A stretch of DNA of 63,622 bases, counting the filler, from Hyphochytrium catenoides (lineage: Eukaryota > Protista > Hyphochytriomycota), in the NCBI GenBank assembly GCA_900088475.1. It is 7 parts of 7 records of this genome, joined end to end, with 100 filler letters (N's around TTAATTAATTAA, not from the genome) between each part and the next. Parts side by side here need not be neighbours in the genome. Positions count along the whole stretch, not along the records: positions 1 to 26,459 come from FLMG01003400.1; 6 more parts are not named here. The stretch is one strand, 5' to 3'. The position numbers and the translations under genes are program-made. Shown here one piece after another: positions 11,727 to 25,500 of this stretch (within the stretch, counting starts at the first letter, position 1; every line of letters starts with the position of its first letter). A model generated the notes under the pieces. The model searched no databases and was not told where the DNA came from. It saw only the letters and a list, made by a program, of their open reading frames with translations.

Positions 11727-14700
11727 ATGGCCACTAGATCCCAGCGCCGAGATGAGTTTGTTGAGGCATTCGACGGCTTTCTCAGCAGCATTAAGGCCCC
11801 TGGCAACCAAAGGCCAGAGAATGGGGTGTCTACCGATGACATACTGGCGGACGCTTTACGTCAGTTGGAGACCCAAGTGCTCATTTATGGTACGTTTTCC
11901 CTGATGGTTTACTCCTGCAGAGGCCCATAGTAGAGGTTGACTCTTACGCAGATAGCGGCGAAGACATGGAGGGAGGAGGGGAAACGAAGGAGAAAGAGAA
12001 TTTAGGAGATCGCTTGAGTGCTGTCTCTTCGGGCACAGCGGTGGTCTCTGTCGCAGAAGATGTGGCGAGAGAGGACAACGCGAGGACGAAGATTGAGGAA
12101 GATGACCACGACAGCATTGAGGTGAGGACCTCTGTTCTTAACACCATTCTTAAGCCATTGAAGATTGCCACTGACGGTCGATACGCAGCTTCTTTCCGAG
12201 ACACAATCGCGGGAGACCCCACCCACGGCTGACGCAGTGCGCAGTCAACTCTCGGCCTCCCTGCACCTGGAGTTCCCCAGTAAGGCTTGTCAACCTTGTT
12301 TTATCGCCTCACAGCTCTTTTACCTCCTCATTATATTCCAGTCATATTACGCTATAAGGGCTCTCTCACACTACTACCTTCACCGTCTAGCGTCCCTGTG
12401 TGTCCCGATGTATGCCCCGTCCACGTGTTTCTGCTGAAAACATTTCTTTCTCTCTCTCACTTGTTATAGTTTCTTAGGGCATAGCCCCTCACTGCATGGT
12501 TATCAATGTACCTCGCAAAAGGTCAATTCTCTCTCTCTCTCTTTCTCCTCATCACCGCCTAAGGCACAACTATCGTCCACAGGAGACTGCAGCGAGGCGT
12601 TACTGTCGGGCACCTCGAACCGCCAGTCCATCCTGACACACACTGAAGAAAGTTTAGTATTCACCTATGGTCTTCGAGAGACTATGGAAGAAGAGGAATC
12701 GCATCGCAGTGCGCGTGACGAGAACTCTCTTCCACGAGCCTCAGGGCCAGGAGCACAGGAGGAGAGACAGGGAAAGGAGAACAGACAAGTAGACGCCCTT
12801 TGCCTAGATATAAGTAACAGGGAAAGTGCAGTCCTTAACACCGGCAGATTAGGGCAACGGTACGCCGTCCGGCCTCAATCCTTCTCAGTGGCTTCCTACA
12901 CTACTTTCTTACTACTAGTCTCTTTCTCGCCTATTCTGTTGCTGCTCATGGCTCTTGTCTTGGGGAGAGGCCACCGCGGCTTTTCCATTGCTCTTACCTT
13001 GCAGTCTGCAATGAGGCAGTATCTTATGCACCAAGCTTTTTTGGTCAAGCGCTGGTCCCATTGTCTCCTCATCTAAGGCTATTCTGACGATAGGCCATTC
13101 TTTGTCCAACCCGTTGTGCTTGCTCTCTCTATCAGTGATGCTGATCGTGCCCTCTCGGCCCTGGCCCAAGATGCATCGCTGAATCAACCTCAATTCCTCT
13201 TTGCGCTGGCAGTGCTAGACCGACTCGAATTCTACTCTGGGCAGTGGAAGAAGGAGACAAACAGCTACCTTGCCAAGGTATAAGAAACCCTAGCCTCTCC
13301 ATGCGTCCTCTCAGTCCTGCTCCTTCTCCCTCTACGTCCACCTCATGTCTAGCCCAATCCTACCGTTGATATTTGCCATTTAGATGATTTCGCCCCTTCT
13401 GATATCCCTGCTCTCACCTGCAGTATCTCTTCCTCTTTGTAGGCGTGTCGTATGGCGTTTTTCGCTCTGTCTAGGATCAAGGCCGAGCTCCTCCTTTCCT
13501 CTTCCGGTGGTGTGGGCCGACCCCATGACGAGAAAGACAGGGAAAGACCCTCCCTCTACACCGCAACTTCCTCATCCAGTCAGGCTAGATACGTTGGAGG
13601 AGCCAGCAAAACGGCAAGCAACAGCGGTAAAGCGAATGCGACATCTCCCGACCTTGATATCGAGAGGCGGTCAGCTGGTGGACGAGCTGTGGAAGGTGTG
13701 GCAGCGTGCGTTTGGAGCCTTATCGAAGCCAACTGGAAGAGGCACATTGGGAGCTCCCCCGGCCCTTACAACAAAGGTGGAAGGGCGACGACCAAAGATT
13801 CTTCTATGCTGCCTAGGAAAGGCTCTCCTTTCTCGGTTGTCACTGTTTTTTCTGTGCCGCTCTTTCTCATCTTCTTCTCCTTGCTCCCTGCTTTTCTCTA
13901 TCTCTACCTCGACCTAGAACTATTCACCTTCATTATTGCGTTTTAAATCACTGCGTCATGTTGGAGAGGCGTTGAACTACTTCTGAAAGGCTTTTCGCCA
14001 TTGACTTTCTGCTTCGGGCCTGACTCTAACCTAGAACTTTTCAGATGCAGCGCTTTACTCTCCTTGGGCGGATGATCCGCAGTACTTGCAGGCCGAGGTA
14101 AGTCAAAGTGAACTGCCCGCCTGAGTTCTTTGCTTATTGTCTTCTTCACGCGCGAAGCGGGGCTCCCTCTACCTACTCTTTCTTTCTTCTTCTCTCAACC
14201 CTCCTGATCCCCGTTTATCTCCCTGTATGCTGTTCTTCCATGGATCCGTATCAAGTCTCTTAACGTCCTGCCTTCTCATGTATCCGTTCTTCTCAGCTGG
14301 CAGCAACCACGCCGGGTGCTGGATGGCCCCAGGATCTAGACCACAGAGACTTAAAACGTAGTTGTAGAAGACAAAAGTATGAAGAAGCATGTCAGGTGAG
14401 GTGCTTCTCGGACTTCTTCTGCTTATTCCTTTTCTGGCGGCCCTTAGCATTCAATCGCCGTGCTCCTTTGCTTCGTTTAATTTCCTTGGGACTTCTACCA
14501 TGGCACGCTTGTTCTCACTTTGACTGTCAACAGGCAATCGGGAGTCGGTATCTGAAGCTTTGTGAAGCTCATCGGCAGTCTGCCCCACTGGGAGATCAAC
14601 ACCTGTAGGATCTTAACACTGTCGAGGCATTACTGCCTGTCTGCAGTCCTAGTTTTACTATTCCAACCTCTTCTTTCTTGATTCTGCAGCTGCATTCAGT

Positions 14701-15841
14701 ACCTCTTTCCTGTCTTCCTTTTCAACTGATCATCAACATGGATCCTGTCTTATCTCATCGATTCTGTTGCTCTCTCAGGTTGTACATTGCGCCAAAGAAC
14801 TATCACCACATCGTGGCAGCAATCCAAGCAGCTTTCGACAAAAGAAGGAGTGGCCACGGAGGTCAAGGACCAGCGATCAGTCCAAATAGCGGCAACGCAG
14901 GCAAAAAGGGGGAATCTCAATCTGTGAAAGTGTACAAATGCGGGCCCTTCCGCTTCCCTTTGACCCGCTGCGCCAATGTCATTGACATTATCATCTGGGT
15001 TCCCGATGAGAGACGGGAGTCCAAGCAGCAAGAGCCAAAAGAGGCAGAGGAGACCGTCAATAAAAGAGTAGAGTCATTATGCGCGACAAGGGTGGCGCTA
15101 GATGTGCTCCTGGAATCTAAGGTGTTGGAGAGTGATTATGCGTTCTATCCGGCTTTCTCCGGGGAAGAGGAAGAAGAGGAAGCAGGACGTAAAGATGGCA
15201 TGGAGGTAGGAGAGATCTTTGGGCTGATCTACTATAAAGGACATGGCAACCCGTTCATACTCCACGCTAGAGTGATTGAAGCAAGCGGAAACATAAGCAG
15301 GGTAAGTCTTCAGAATAGCAGAAGCTGTCTGTCCCATGCACTATTCCACGTCCTTGCATCACCTCTTTCCCTTGACGTCAACGATGGAGCTCTGTCTAAC
15401 GCGATACTCGTCAAATTATTCCTGGGGTTTGCGCCTGTTCTCTGTTTCTAAGAGACTTAACGAAGCCTGGCTCACGGCCCCGATCCCTTACTCGTCCCCC
15501 TCTAACAATGCTTCCATTCTTCGTAGGAACAACTCGGCATGCTGCTGCTTTACACGACGGGGCCCAGAGCATTCGTGGCTGATGTTGCCTCTCATATCCT
15601 TGAAAAGTTGCGGATGAATACCAAGACTCTGTCGCTGCTCTATTTTGATGACATCTGGAATCTATTCTGTGCTCTCTCCTCAGCAGACGGAGATTCTGTC
15701 ACTTTGAACGCGGAACCTAGCGGAGAACTGACAGAAGAGGACGCAGAGAGAAGCATCTTCTCGCGCATAGGTTGCCCCTTCATTCCTTTGGAGACTAGAC
15801 AGCTATGGACCTCTCAGAGAGGATGGTTAACCACATCGTAA
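11727..15841 (+). CDS. Divergent DNA polymerase X family (Pol beta/lambda-like) protein with substituted catalytic residues; multi-exon, 5' end uncertain
   Basis: Exons 13136-13277, 13443-~13835, 13918-13968, 14035-14097, 14297-14395, 14534-~14574, 14779-15301 and 15527-15841 join in phase. They give PolX elements in the correct order: 8-kDa helix NQPQFLFALAVL..KACRMA, HhH VEGVAACVWSLIE, HhH LLRFKSLRHVGE, QAIGSRY, CGPFRF..NVIDIII, EIFGL, LLLYTTGPRAF and ERSIFSRIGCPFIPLETR. Confidence 0.82.
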
Positions 15842-16530
15842 TTGCAATAGTAGGGAAATCCAGGGTAAGCAGTGAGGAACAATCGTTTTTCAAGGAAGGA
15901 GAGGAGACTTAGTGTGTGCCTAGTCTGAGAATCTCTCGTCTTCTCTGTACGGATATTGAGTCCGCGAAGAGAGACAAACAAAGTGACCATAGAGAAGCCA
16001 TGCTCTGGGAAAGAGAAGGAGTGACGAGCGTCCATAGAGAAGGCGAATGTCAAGGAAGAAGGCCTTGAGCGTCCTTCATTATCGCGATAATTATTTATTA
16101 TAAGAGTGATCCGCGACTCACTATTTACAGAACAAAACTTACGCTCTCACTTATTGGAAAGACTAGACTGCACAGACAATGAGTGCGAGAGAGAGAAGGA
16201 GGGAGGACGAGGAGAAGAGGCTACAATTAGCTCCTGCTAGCTCGGGCTTTGGCTTTCTTGGCTATCAAAGCTGCAGAGAGGTCGGTAGTAGGACACGAAA
16301 GGCAACAGACGGCAGAGAAACGGAGCAAGTGAATATCATTGGTCTCTTGCAGAACCATCCCAATCTCTCTTTTCATCAGCCCATTTCCTGGATCTTATAC
16401 ATGATCATCACGTCTCCCACAAGTACTCACTCTCGAGGGACGCGTCCTGATCTGCTAAGGTCCTCCACAACTTTTCCCTTCTCTCTCCGTCACTTCGGCC
16501 CAAGTTCGAGATACTCCTTCCTCGCTCATT

Positions 16531-19500
16531 TTATCCAGTTGCCCCATTGAAGGCTAAACTGTACTCAGTCCTACCTTCTAAAGTCGCAAGTTCCTGGGCA
16601 AGGATGACTCTCTGCAGATCTGTTTTTGCCAGCTCGACAAGCTTGTAGGCCCGGATGGTGATGTCATGGGCGGGCCCGTTATAGAGCTGAGAGTTGGCGT
16701 GGAGCTGTTCTAAGTCAGCCAGGAAGGCCGCGCGAGATGTGTAGGAGAAAGACTCAATCTTTGCACGTATCCTACTCAGATCCTGGGAATAGAGAGACGG
16801 GGTAAGGGTAAGCAATATTTGGCTCCTTAGAGCAAGAACCTGGAACAAAAGCACACCAGCGGAGAAGATCTGCACAAGGGTAGAGAGCACGTGGAAAGCA
16901 AACCGCTGTATCTCTTTTCTAGCTCAATATCTCTTCTTTGCGTCCTACCATGGGTGTCTTGACAATGGAATAATAGTCCTTCACGACGTTCCCATCCACA
17001 GGCAACCGGAACACCAAGGAGTTGGGATTGTTATAGACAAGGTGGAAGACCTGGATAGGTCAGAAAGATAACAATGACAAGAGAAAGTGAGCAAACAACG
17101 CTTGTCTAAGGTAGTAAATAGAGGAACGATGGAAAAATTGGGAAGGCAAGCTGTAACGGAGGAGAGAGAGAGAGAAAGCAAACAGGTGAGCCTTGCCTCC
17201 TCTAATCTAGCGTTCAGCTGCACTGTCGGCATTCGATAGGAGCTCTTTTTTTGCTTTCTCAATGTCTTTGTAGGCTTCTTGTACAGTTCTGCGGTCTCTT
17301 TAGCCTCCAGCAACCGCCGCTTCTTCATCTCTTGCTTATGTTTCTACAGCATGGCAACATGGTTCAACGAACAGAATTGGTAAGGAGGATTCTAGGTTCA
17401 AGCACGGATCACTGGAAGAGAATAATGTAACGCTGATGAAGCATTGAGGACAGATAGTGGAAGAGAGTGGACCATACCGAGGATGGAGGGATAATCAACG
17501 AGGGAGACAACCAGGGAAGAGAGCGAACGAACATAGAACTCAAAGAGTGAGGCCGTTCCAACTCCGAACGCGAGAACGAGGAAACGCGAGGGACAGAGAC
17601 AAGAAAAGGGAGAGGGAAACGACAGACGGACGGAGAGATAGAGGCGCACAGGAACAGATGGTAGCAAGATAATCTGAGGGCGTTCTGTACCTCCACATCC
17701 CTCTGCATGGAGGTGAGAGAGAGCGTCATCTCCTTCTTGTGATCCTTGACGGCATCTCGGTTAATTTTGAGCTTTAGCGGGTCATCAGCAACCCGGGAGC
17801 TGGAGGAGGGGCGCGGTGCAAGGCACGGATGTTAGTCCCAGCCAATGACGAGAGATAAACAGAGAGCTCGGGTCGTGTTAACCACTTAAAGCAGCTTTGA
17901 GTTAACGTACACAGCCTGATCGGCCTTGTAAAGTGGACAGCTTCTGTTGCTCTTCATGTGGCCCAGCTGTCCGCAGTTCGTACATCGGGTCGACTTGTCT
18001 CCAATATTCTGAAGGCAGCACGGGTATCGGCAAATCAAGAACACAGGCAAATCAAGAACATAGCGTTAACAGCAAGCGGAGATAGAAATGCGTAAGCAAC
18101 CAGTGTACGTCGAGGGATGAGAGCTATGGCATGAGTGAAGCAAGATAGATAGGTCAATCCCTGTGACCCATCTTCCCGTCAGAAACCATCTCTCTTGTTC
18201 TTCCTCTTGCTTCTTCTTCAACAGCCCATTCCCTCGCGTGTGCTGCCACTTAGCGAGTTCTTTGGCCTCACCTGAGATGGATTGCTGCCGTCCTCAAGTA
18301 CCTTCTGATACCATTCGTTACTCGTCTTTGTCTTTTCAAGCTGCTTCAGCTCTTCCTGTAGCTGTCTCTTTCTTCTCTTATACGCCTCATCGTCCAGCTC
18401 CATAGCCTCCGCCTCACGCTTCCGCTTGCGCCTACGATGATAAGACGACAACCAACATTGTCAGCTTAAGACGTCTATAAGGATCTGGAAGCCTCAAAGA
18501 CAGTTAGCTGTATGGAACTTCTTAAGAAAAGTTTCTCATGGCTACGTTAGAACAACTAGAAAGAGGAGGAAAAGATCTAAAGGCAGAGAAAGGCTTAAGG
18601 CAAGTATTGAAAGAGCATCCTGACTTTTCTTCGAGCGCTGCTCGTTCTGCTTGGTCTCTCTTCAACTTTTCCTCCCTCTCCTTCCTTTTGACATAGTCCT
18701 GTACATATCTCTCATTGAGTATGTACTGCACTCGAACACGTTCTGTGCCATCTTCTCGAATGATGCGGGTCGTCTTCTTGATGACCTACGGGAGCCAACA
18801 GCCAGGTCAGAACCATCGCGCAGAGCTTTCTTGCAGTGTAAAGGTTCCACTACCAAAGTGAAGAATGAGAAGCAAGGTAGGACGCTACTCTGCCATTCTC
18901 TTCTCACCTTGCGGCCTGCATTGGGGTTCTTACTGGGGGACTCCGCCAAGCTGCCTCCCGGCGTGCTGAATCCTGTACAAAAGTACGCAGAAGAATAAAA
19001 AGCAAGGCTCGGGAGAAGAACAACCGATATCCTCTCTATATCTCTCTCTTCAATGCGGTTTGATGTTCTCTTTGCTTCCTCGCTCCGGCTACCCATTACC
19101 CGTTCACTTTCACCTCAACCTCTTTGTTGGCGCTGCGCTAGTCTATGTAAGTGGTGCCAAACGCTAATCATGGCTCTATATGGCTCTCTTTTGAAAAGAA
19201 TATCTCTTCCTGTTGTCCTCCAGCATCTTCTCTCCTCTTTGCACTCCTCTCCTTTAGGACCAATGGACGACGTGACGCGCGCTTTTGCGCATGGACATTA
19301 CGCAGGACAGCCTCTCGCATCAATAACCCCTGAACCCGCATCAATAACCCCTGAACCCGCATTCTAGTAGCCAGCATACCTAGTCCTCCATCTCCCTGCG
19401 CGATGCCAGAGCCTGCTATCTGCTGCCTTAGTCTTGCGGAGTCCACGTCAGGCCTTCGATCGCCATCCTCTCCCTGCGCAAAGATCAAACATGGACGAGA

Positions 19501-22500
19501 GGATGAAAGGAGAACCGAGCGAGGAGGAGTCAAGGGCTGGCTAGACCTGCTTGGCGCAGAAGTGTATACCTGCTTCATGGACTCTTTTAGCAGCCTCAAT
19601 TGCACGGCGTCTTCCCTTTCATGCATTGAGCTTCCCGTGGTGACATTGATACCCTTCTTGCCCACCACCAAGCTAATGTCAAGAAAGAGACAGAGATTGG
19701 CAAGAACCGTAATGTCAGAACGGTTTAGGATGGGTCAGTTAATCGTAGCCCGGATAGGGTAAAGCATGTATCTTTTTCGGAGACCGCTGCTTGAAGTCCC
19801 TCACCTTTCATCCTCAAGGTCTGCCTCCAACTCGTTAAGGTCATCCTCACTCTCGCCTAACAAGAATGACGTGTCAGCCTCGTCTCTGGCTTGCTCTATA
19901 CGGAACAGAGCGTTTCCCTCCCCCAACGGACTTCTCTTCCAGCTTCCTTTTCCTTTTTGTTTCTTCGGGCCGTAGGCACTTCGTATACCTTCATCATCAG
20001 TCGTGTCTCTTCTCCCTTTTTCCTAAGCGACCTCTTTCTCCCAAATGTTCCGATCCCCTTACCTTCTGATTCTTCTCCACTAGAGAACTCTGTTTTATCG
20101 GAGCCCAGAGCCACCTGCAGCCGAAAGCCATACGGCCGTTAATACGCTGAGGAAGAATAACAAACCCTTGTTCCTGATGTTTAGCCCAAGACTACGCAGG
20201 GCGTAGCTGGAATAGTGCTACGGAGGTGCAAGGACATAGCTAAAATGCCTTCGCCCAGAGAAGTAGCTTCCTACCAGCTGCTTGAGGTACACTTTGTCAC
20301 ACTTGGCTAGGTATTCTTTCCTCTGTAAATTGGCAGTCTTCCTCCCGCCTCTGCTCCACTTGCTAAGCTCCCCTCCTCTGCCTCTCTGCGTCAAGTTGGT
20401 GGCAGCCTGACGGAGGACTGACACTCGGTCCCAACGCTTCAATTTCTTGATCTCTTCCTCACTAGCAATACACGTACACGCAAGGCCAGGACGTGAGAGA
20501 GAGAAGAGACTAAGAAAATTAGCGACGATGAAGAAAGACGAGAGGCAAGAAAGGACTTGACCTATATTGGAGGAAGACGAAAGAAGTGAAAGTAGCAGCT
20601 GGAGAGGCTCTCTCACGAGAATTTTTGCTTCCGAAGCTCTGCCGCCAGCCCCTTCATGGTTAGTTTTCGTAAATCTGCAGTGGTGCCCGTCACCTGGGCT
20701 CCATCAGGGAGTTCTCCGCCGCCACCACCTCCTCCTTCATCTTCTTCGTCCTCCTTCTTCCCTCTTCCTCTCGTAGGAACCGCCCTGACGAAGGAAAAGC
20801 CCTCTCCGATCCCGCTAGGGTCGCCAACACCTCCAATTCGCAGTATACCTACTCACAAGTAAAGATGAACAGACAGAAAAAGACTCAACAAAGGCCGAGC
20901 GGTCTTAACAGAGCTACTGGCTTAAAGTATCAGGCTAAGAAACGCTCATGGCAGCAACAGCACGGAGCCCCATGAAGGATGGTCAAGAGCTAGGCAGTAA
21001 ACTGTCTCCATAACATAAGAAGCGTCTCGTTCAAACGAATAGTCAGGTATAAGAAAGCATAGACCCCGAAAGACCTCTTGGAGTTTGCGCAAGAAAGAGA
21101 AGACAGGAGGAAAGGGACTTCCCACAGGGAAAGGAACAATCATCTATAAAGAGAGTGAAGCTCCCCGAGCAAACTGTCGAGGCTAAGTGACAAAGTCAGA
21201 AGGGAAAGGCATAAACGTCGGTCCTACCATTTCCTTGCAAATGACACTCCACGAAGTTGCTCGTGAGGTTCCACGGCGTGAGCCTCAGATGAGTGCACAG
21301 AAAACGCGCGACCTTCACTTCATCCTCGAGCCGTTTCACCATGCTGTCGGATCGCACCAGCGCGCTAGGGCTCCGTACTTTATTCTCCGTTAGAATCTTC
21401 GTAAGAGCTCTGATTCTTGTTTTGAGCGCCCGCTCTAGCTTGGTCACGATGTCCTCAATGTTATTCAAGAGAATGGAGTGCTGAATGCCAGCATCAAGGA
21501 GGCGCCTGTGACCTGCCATCATAGATTCATAGAGACAGACCATCTCTGGCGTAATCTGCTCTCGAATCTACAGCGAGGGGGTATGTGTCAGGTCAAACGT
21601 GCCTCGTGATGAGCTGGGGGAGCTAATGATTCCATAGATACGGTGGAGCTCAGCAAGGCGTGTATGCGGACTAGCATAATACCTGGTCTTCCTTTGAAGG
21701 TGGATCGTATGCTGCCTTCTTCCTCCACCAGCCATTGTCATTGCCCCCTCGATCAAATATTGCCATCTCCTTCATCTGCAGCGAAGCTCAGCTCATGTCG
21801 GTGACCAGAGAGGGCGAGAGAGTTGAAAGAGAACACGAAGATGTAACAGAACATGAAGCGGCAGGGAAAGCGTTGACTTCAAACAGCGTTTTAGCAAAAC
21901 CAATGCACGAATGGACCAGAAGACAACGTCATGCGCTCAGTGCTTGCATCGCAGTCTAGGCATACTGTACCTGCTTTCTGATAGCAGTCTGGGACTGACT
22001 GGGAAAGGATCTCCTCACATCCTCAATCCGCAATCTCTCGTCATCTCCGGATTTCTAGGTTTATCGCGAAGCATCAGATATAGGATGATGGATGGAAGCG
22101 GATATCTAGATGAAAGCTATAACATCTAGTGCAGTAGCCAATGCCCCAAGATTAACAAGGCCAGAGTGAAGGCTAAAATGGCGAAAAGGGGTTGCATTGA
22201 CAAGGTCGAGTTAGCAAAAGGCAGCGGAGGATGTTCTCTGTGACCTTAAATAACTTCAAGATGTGAAACTGCATGTAAGGCTTAATGAAACTTTGCGCTG
22301 GCTTGGAGTTCGGGGCTGGCACCTCCTGAGCAGGCTCTGTCTGTCCGCCAGTATAAATCTACCGGTTTACGTTGAGCCACGAGTCAGAGACCGCAAAATA
22401 AGGAGAGGAGAGACCCCTAGCTAGCAATGATGGCGGAGGAGGGTGGAACAGACCTTTGGAAGTTCCATGATAATGCACTTAGGAGGCCCGCCGATATCCT

Positions 22501-25500
22501 TCTTCTTCTTCCCCTTCTTGGTCGGGCGCAGAAGGAGAAAAAGGTTATCCCCATCAACGGGCTTGTGCTAGACGGGGAGAGTGGAATTGGTGAACTGTGG
22601 AAGTTGTCGATGTGGTGTCCTACGGAGCGAGAAAGAAGAACTGCAGACTGGACGAATGGGTCCAGGACACATCAAAGTTAAGCTAGACGACCTTTCAGTC
22701 CAACAGAGCGATAAATGACCGAGATAAAAATTTTGATCGACAACAGACAGGCTTACCTCAAAAAGTGGTGCCTTGTAAAGGTTGTTAGACAACGCAGTTA
22801 CTACCATGTTAGGAGGTATATCACCTATCAGTGGACTCTCATCCTTGTCTGTCAGCCGCATCAACACTCCTTCAGCGGGAGGAGGTGGTGGAGGCGGAGG
22901 CTCTGCTCCTTTCTCGGCCTCTCCTTGGCGGTAGTAGTTGAAGATATGCGAAGCCATACCCACGTTTGAGAGAACAGGCGGTGTCTCCTCGACATACTCA
23001 ATCTATAGGGAAGACACTATGAGAAGGAGAGTAAAGTATCTGGACACTCTGACCTGATGTTTGGTCATCGACAAGCGGGGAAAAGCTATGAATGCCGATA
23101 GATAGGTGGGCGTCACAGTCTCCTCTCCTCCCTTTCGCCCCAAAGGCGAAGAGGAGACATGTAGAGGTTATAAAAGTGTCAAACGGACCAAGATGAGACT
23201 CCCGTCTGTCGGATACAGATCTGAAGGCTTCTTGATGGTGTGATTGCCTTTCTCTCCTTCGGACCGGCGTTCCGCCTCCTGAAGTGCGCAAACTGGGAAC
23301 TGCCAGATAGAAGTCAGCCAAAACACCTAGTGCGCCACCAGGGAACCGTAGCAGGGTTACCGTCTTTCACTCATACCCATCTTCCTCTTCTTTCCTAGTG
23401 TAAAACCTTCACCGTTTAAGATAGGTCTTTCTTTTTCAATCGACACAGCTATGCCAACTATTTTCCACCACCAGGTCCCTGGTCTCACCATTTCTCCTCG
23501 TCTGAACTTCGCTCTTGGTCTGTGGAAGAGTCGAAGTTGCTCTCTGCTGAGCTCGGGCTTGGTGAGGATCAGCTTGGAGGCCACTATACTGTGGATTACG
23601 GTGTGGTGTGCCGTTGTCACTCTAGGAGCGGCGTGTTAGAGTCATGAAAAGAGCTCAGACAAATGTATGGCGATTGAGTATACACCACATAGAAAGTTTC
23701 GGAACGAGTTGTAGACTGTTGGAGGAGACTAAGCCTGCTTCTAGGCAGCACCCTGTCGCTTATACGCCCCCAGTGGCAGAAAACCAACCGCTGGTAAAGA
23801 GGGCGAGGAGTAGTAACCCAAATCTCCTTCATCAGGAGGTTCCACTGAACGATAGTAGAGCTGATAGGTAGGGGGTTGGGCAGACAGAAGACGGCGGTGG
23901 TGCATGTACCTGTGATCTGTTTTGTCCCCCATGTCCGTGGGGTCTCGGGCATCAGTTGGATTGATCTTTGACATCGCACTCTGTGTTCTCTCAATCTTTT
24001 CAAGCTTCGCCTTCTCCTTGGCCTTCCGCACAGTGTCCATTCCCACCTGCTTCTTAGGAATCTTAAAGACAGGTCTGAGGGGAAACAGGGGCAACAGGGC
24101 AATGGCGGATATGAGTAGAGGGAGTGTTATCTTGCGGTGTTTGAAAAGAGTGTCGAGCAATAACTGGGGAGAGAAAGCAGGGCAATCTAGTGCGTCTGCA
24201 CCACAATTGCAAAAACCGCGATTTACTGATAAACCAAACATCTTGAGAGTAAGAGCGAGTTTGGAATAAACGGAAGCCGAGAGCCCATTAGAGGTTTCGC
24301 AAGCACTAGGATATAAGAGAATAGGTTTGACACGAACACCAGGTCAGGGCCTGAAGCTGAAAGAAAGAAGGCAATCTTGCTCTACTTACCGGAAGGGCTG
24401 TGCATCGAAGGGCTCCAGAATCATACCCTTGTCATTCTCATTTAGTATTAAACGATGCTCCTCCCTCGCACCATCCTCCTCATCCCATAGAATCTCGTTA
24501 ACCCAGTCTCCACTGAGGAGATCGGTGTTTAAGACAGAGGAAAGAGAGGCTCCTTTTGCTTTTGCTTCTGCGTGTGTGCCTGTCCCTTGCTGGGCTGAGG
24601 TGGAGTTGCTAGCACCCAGTGCTTTAGGCGCTTCCATCTCTCCTGCCTTCTGCCCTTTCCCAGTGGAATCTTGAGCAGGAATGAACTCCCAGAGATGGTG
24701 CCTCGGTGGCGCGTTCACTGCTGTCTTCGTTATCAGTCTCATCATCATCCTCTCTTCCGCTTTGAGTTCTGCACCTATTGGGGCCGGCAAGGGTTTCATT
24801 GCAGGACTTGATGCACGCGACGCTCCTGGCAGAGTTATTGCTTCAGCAAGACGATCTCTCCTGTCTCTGTTATCTGGCACTTGACTTCCTTCATGCTCCT
24901 CATCCTCTTCCAGTGCCAGCTCATTCGACAGATTGCCATTCTGCTGGTTGCCGCCCTCCTCCTGAGCCTCATCATCCCATATAATGTCCTTCTCCCATTG
25001 CAGCTGCTGCACTCTCTCATACACTTGTTCACGACCAGTGATAGAGAGGGAAGATAGTGCAGAAGGCAGTTCAACAAATCCTGGATGAAAATTCTCTCCG
25101 GGCGTTTCTTTGCCATCTCTCTTGTCCTTGTAGAGGAGGTGCAAGGCTTTGGTTCCCGCCAAGTAGTGCACAGTATCACGGAATCTCCGATACTCCTCTG
25201 CCTGTTTATCTAACATTTCCTCTATGATGTGCAATGGGTACCCTTTGCCTTGTGAGAACCGTAGAACTTCGTCAGGCTCAACTTTCATGCCTCCAAGTCC
25301 TCCGTTACTGTTGCCAGAGAAAGAAACCCGGCCGTTGTCCTTGTCTCTGTCTAACTCTTCCTCTCTCGGTCCTCGCTTAGGACTTGAAGACTGGTGTAGA
25401 AGCTTTCTGAGAATGGTTCTGCAATGCCTGTGGTTCTCTGGGTCACGAAAAAGAAGTGATGAGAATGAGATGATAGGTTCGACTTCGCCAGACTTCCTGC

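Noticed and set aside
13975-14075. Programmed +1 frameshift at ACTTTTC shared by the PolX-like and OPB-like genes
   Set aside because: In PolX an intron (13969-14034) joins the better HhH match LLRFKSLRHVGE in frame, so no shift is needed and the shared heptamer is probably chance.
19317-19362. 21-bp perfect tandem duplication in TAF1 (and a 17-bp one at ~18029-18060)
   Set aside because: Both appear intronic, two copies only; ordinary slippage or an assembly artefact.
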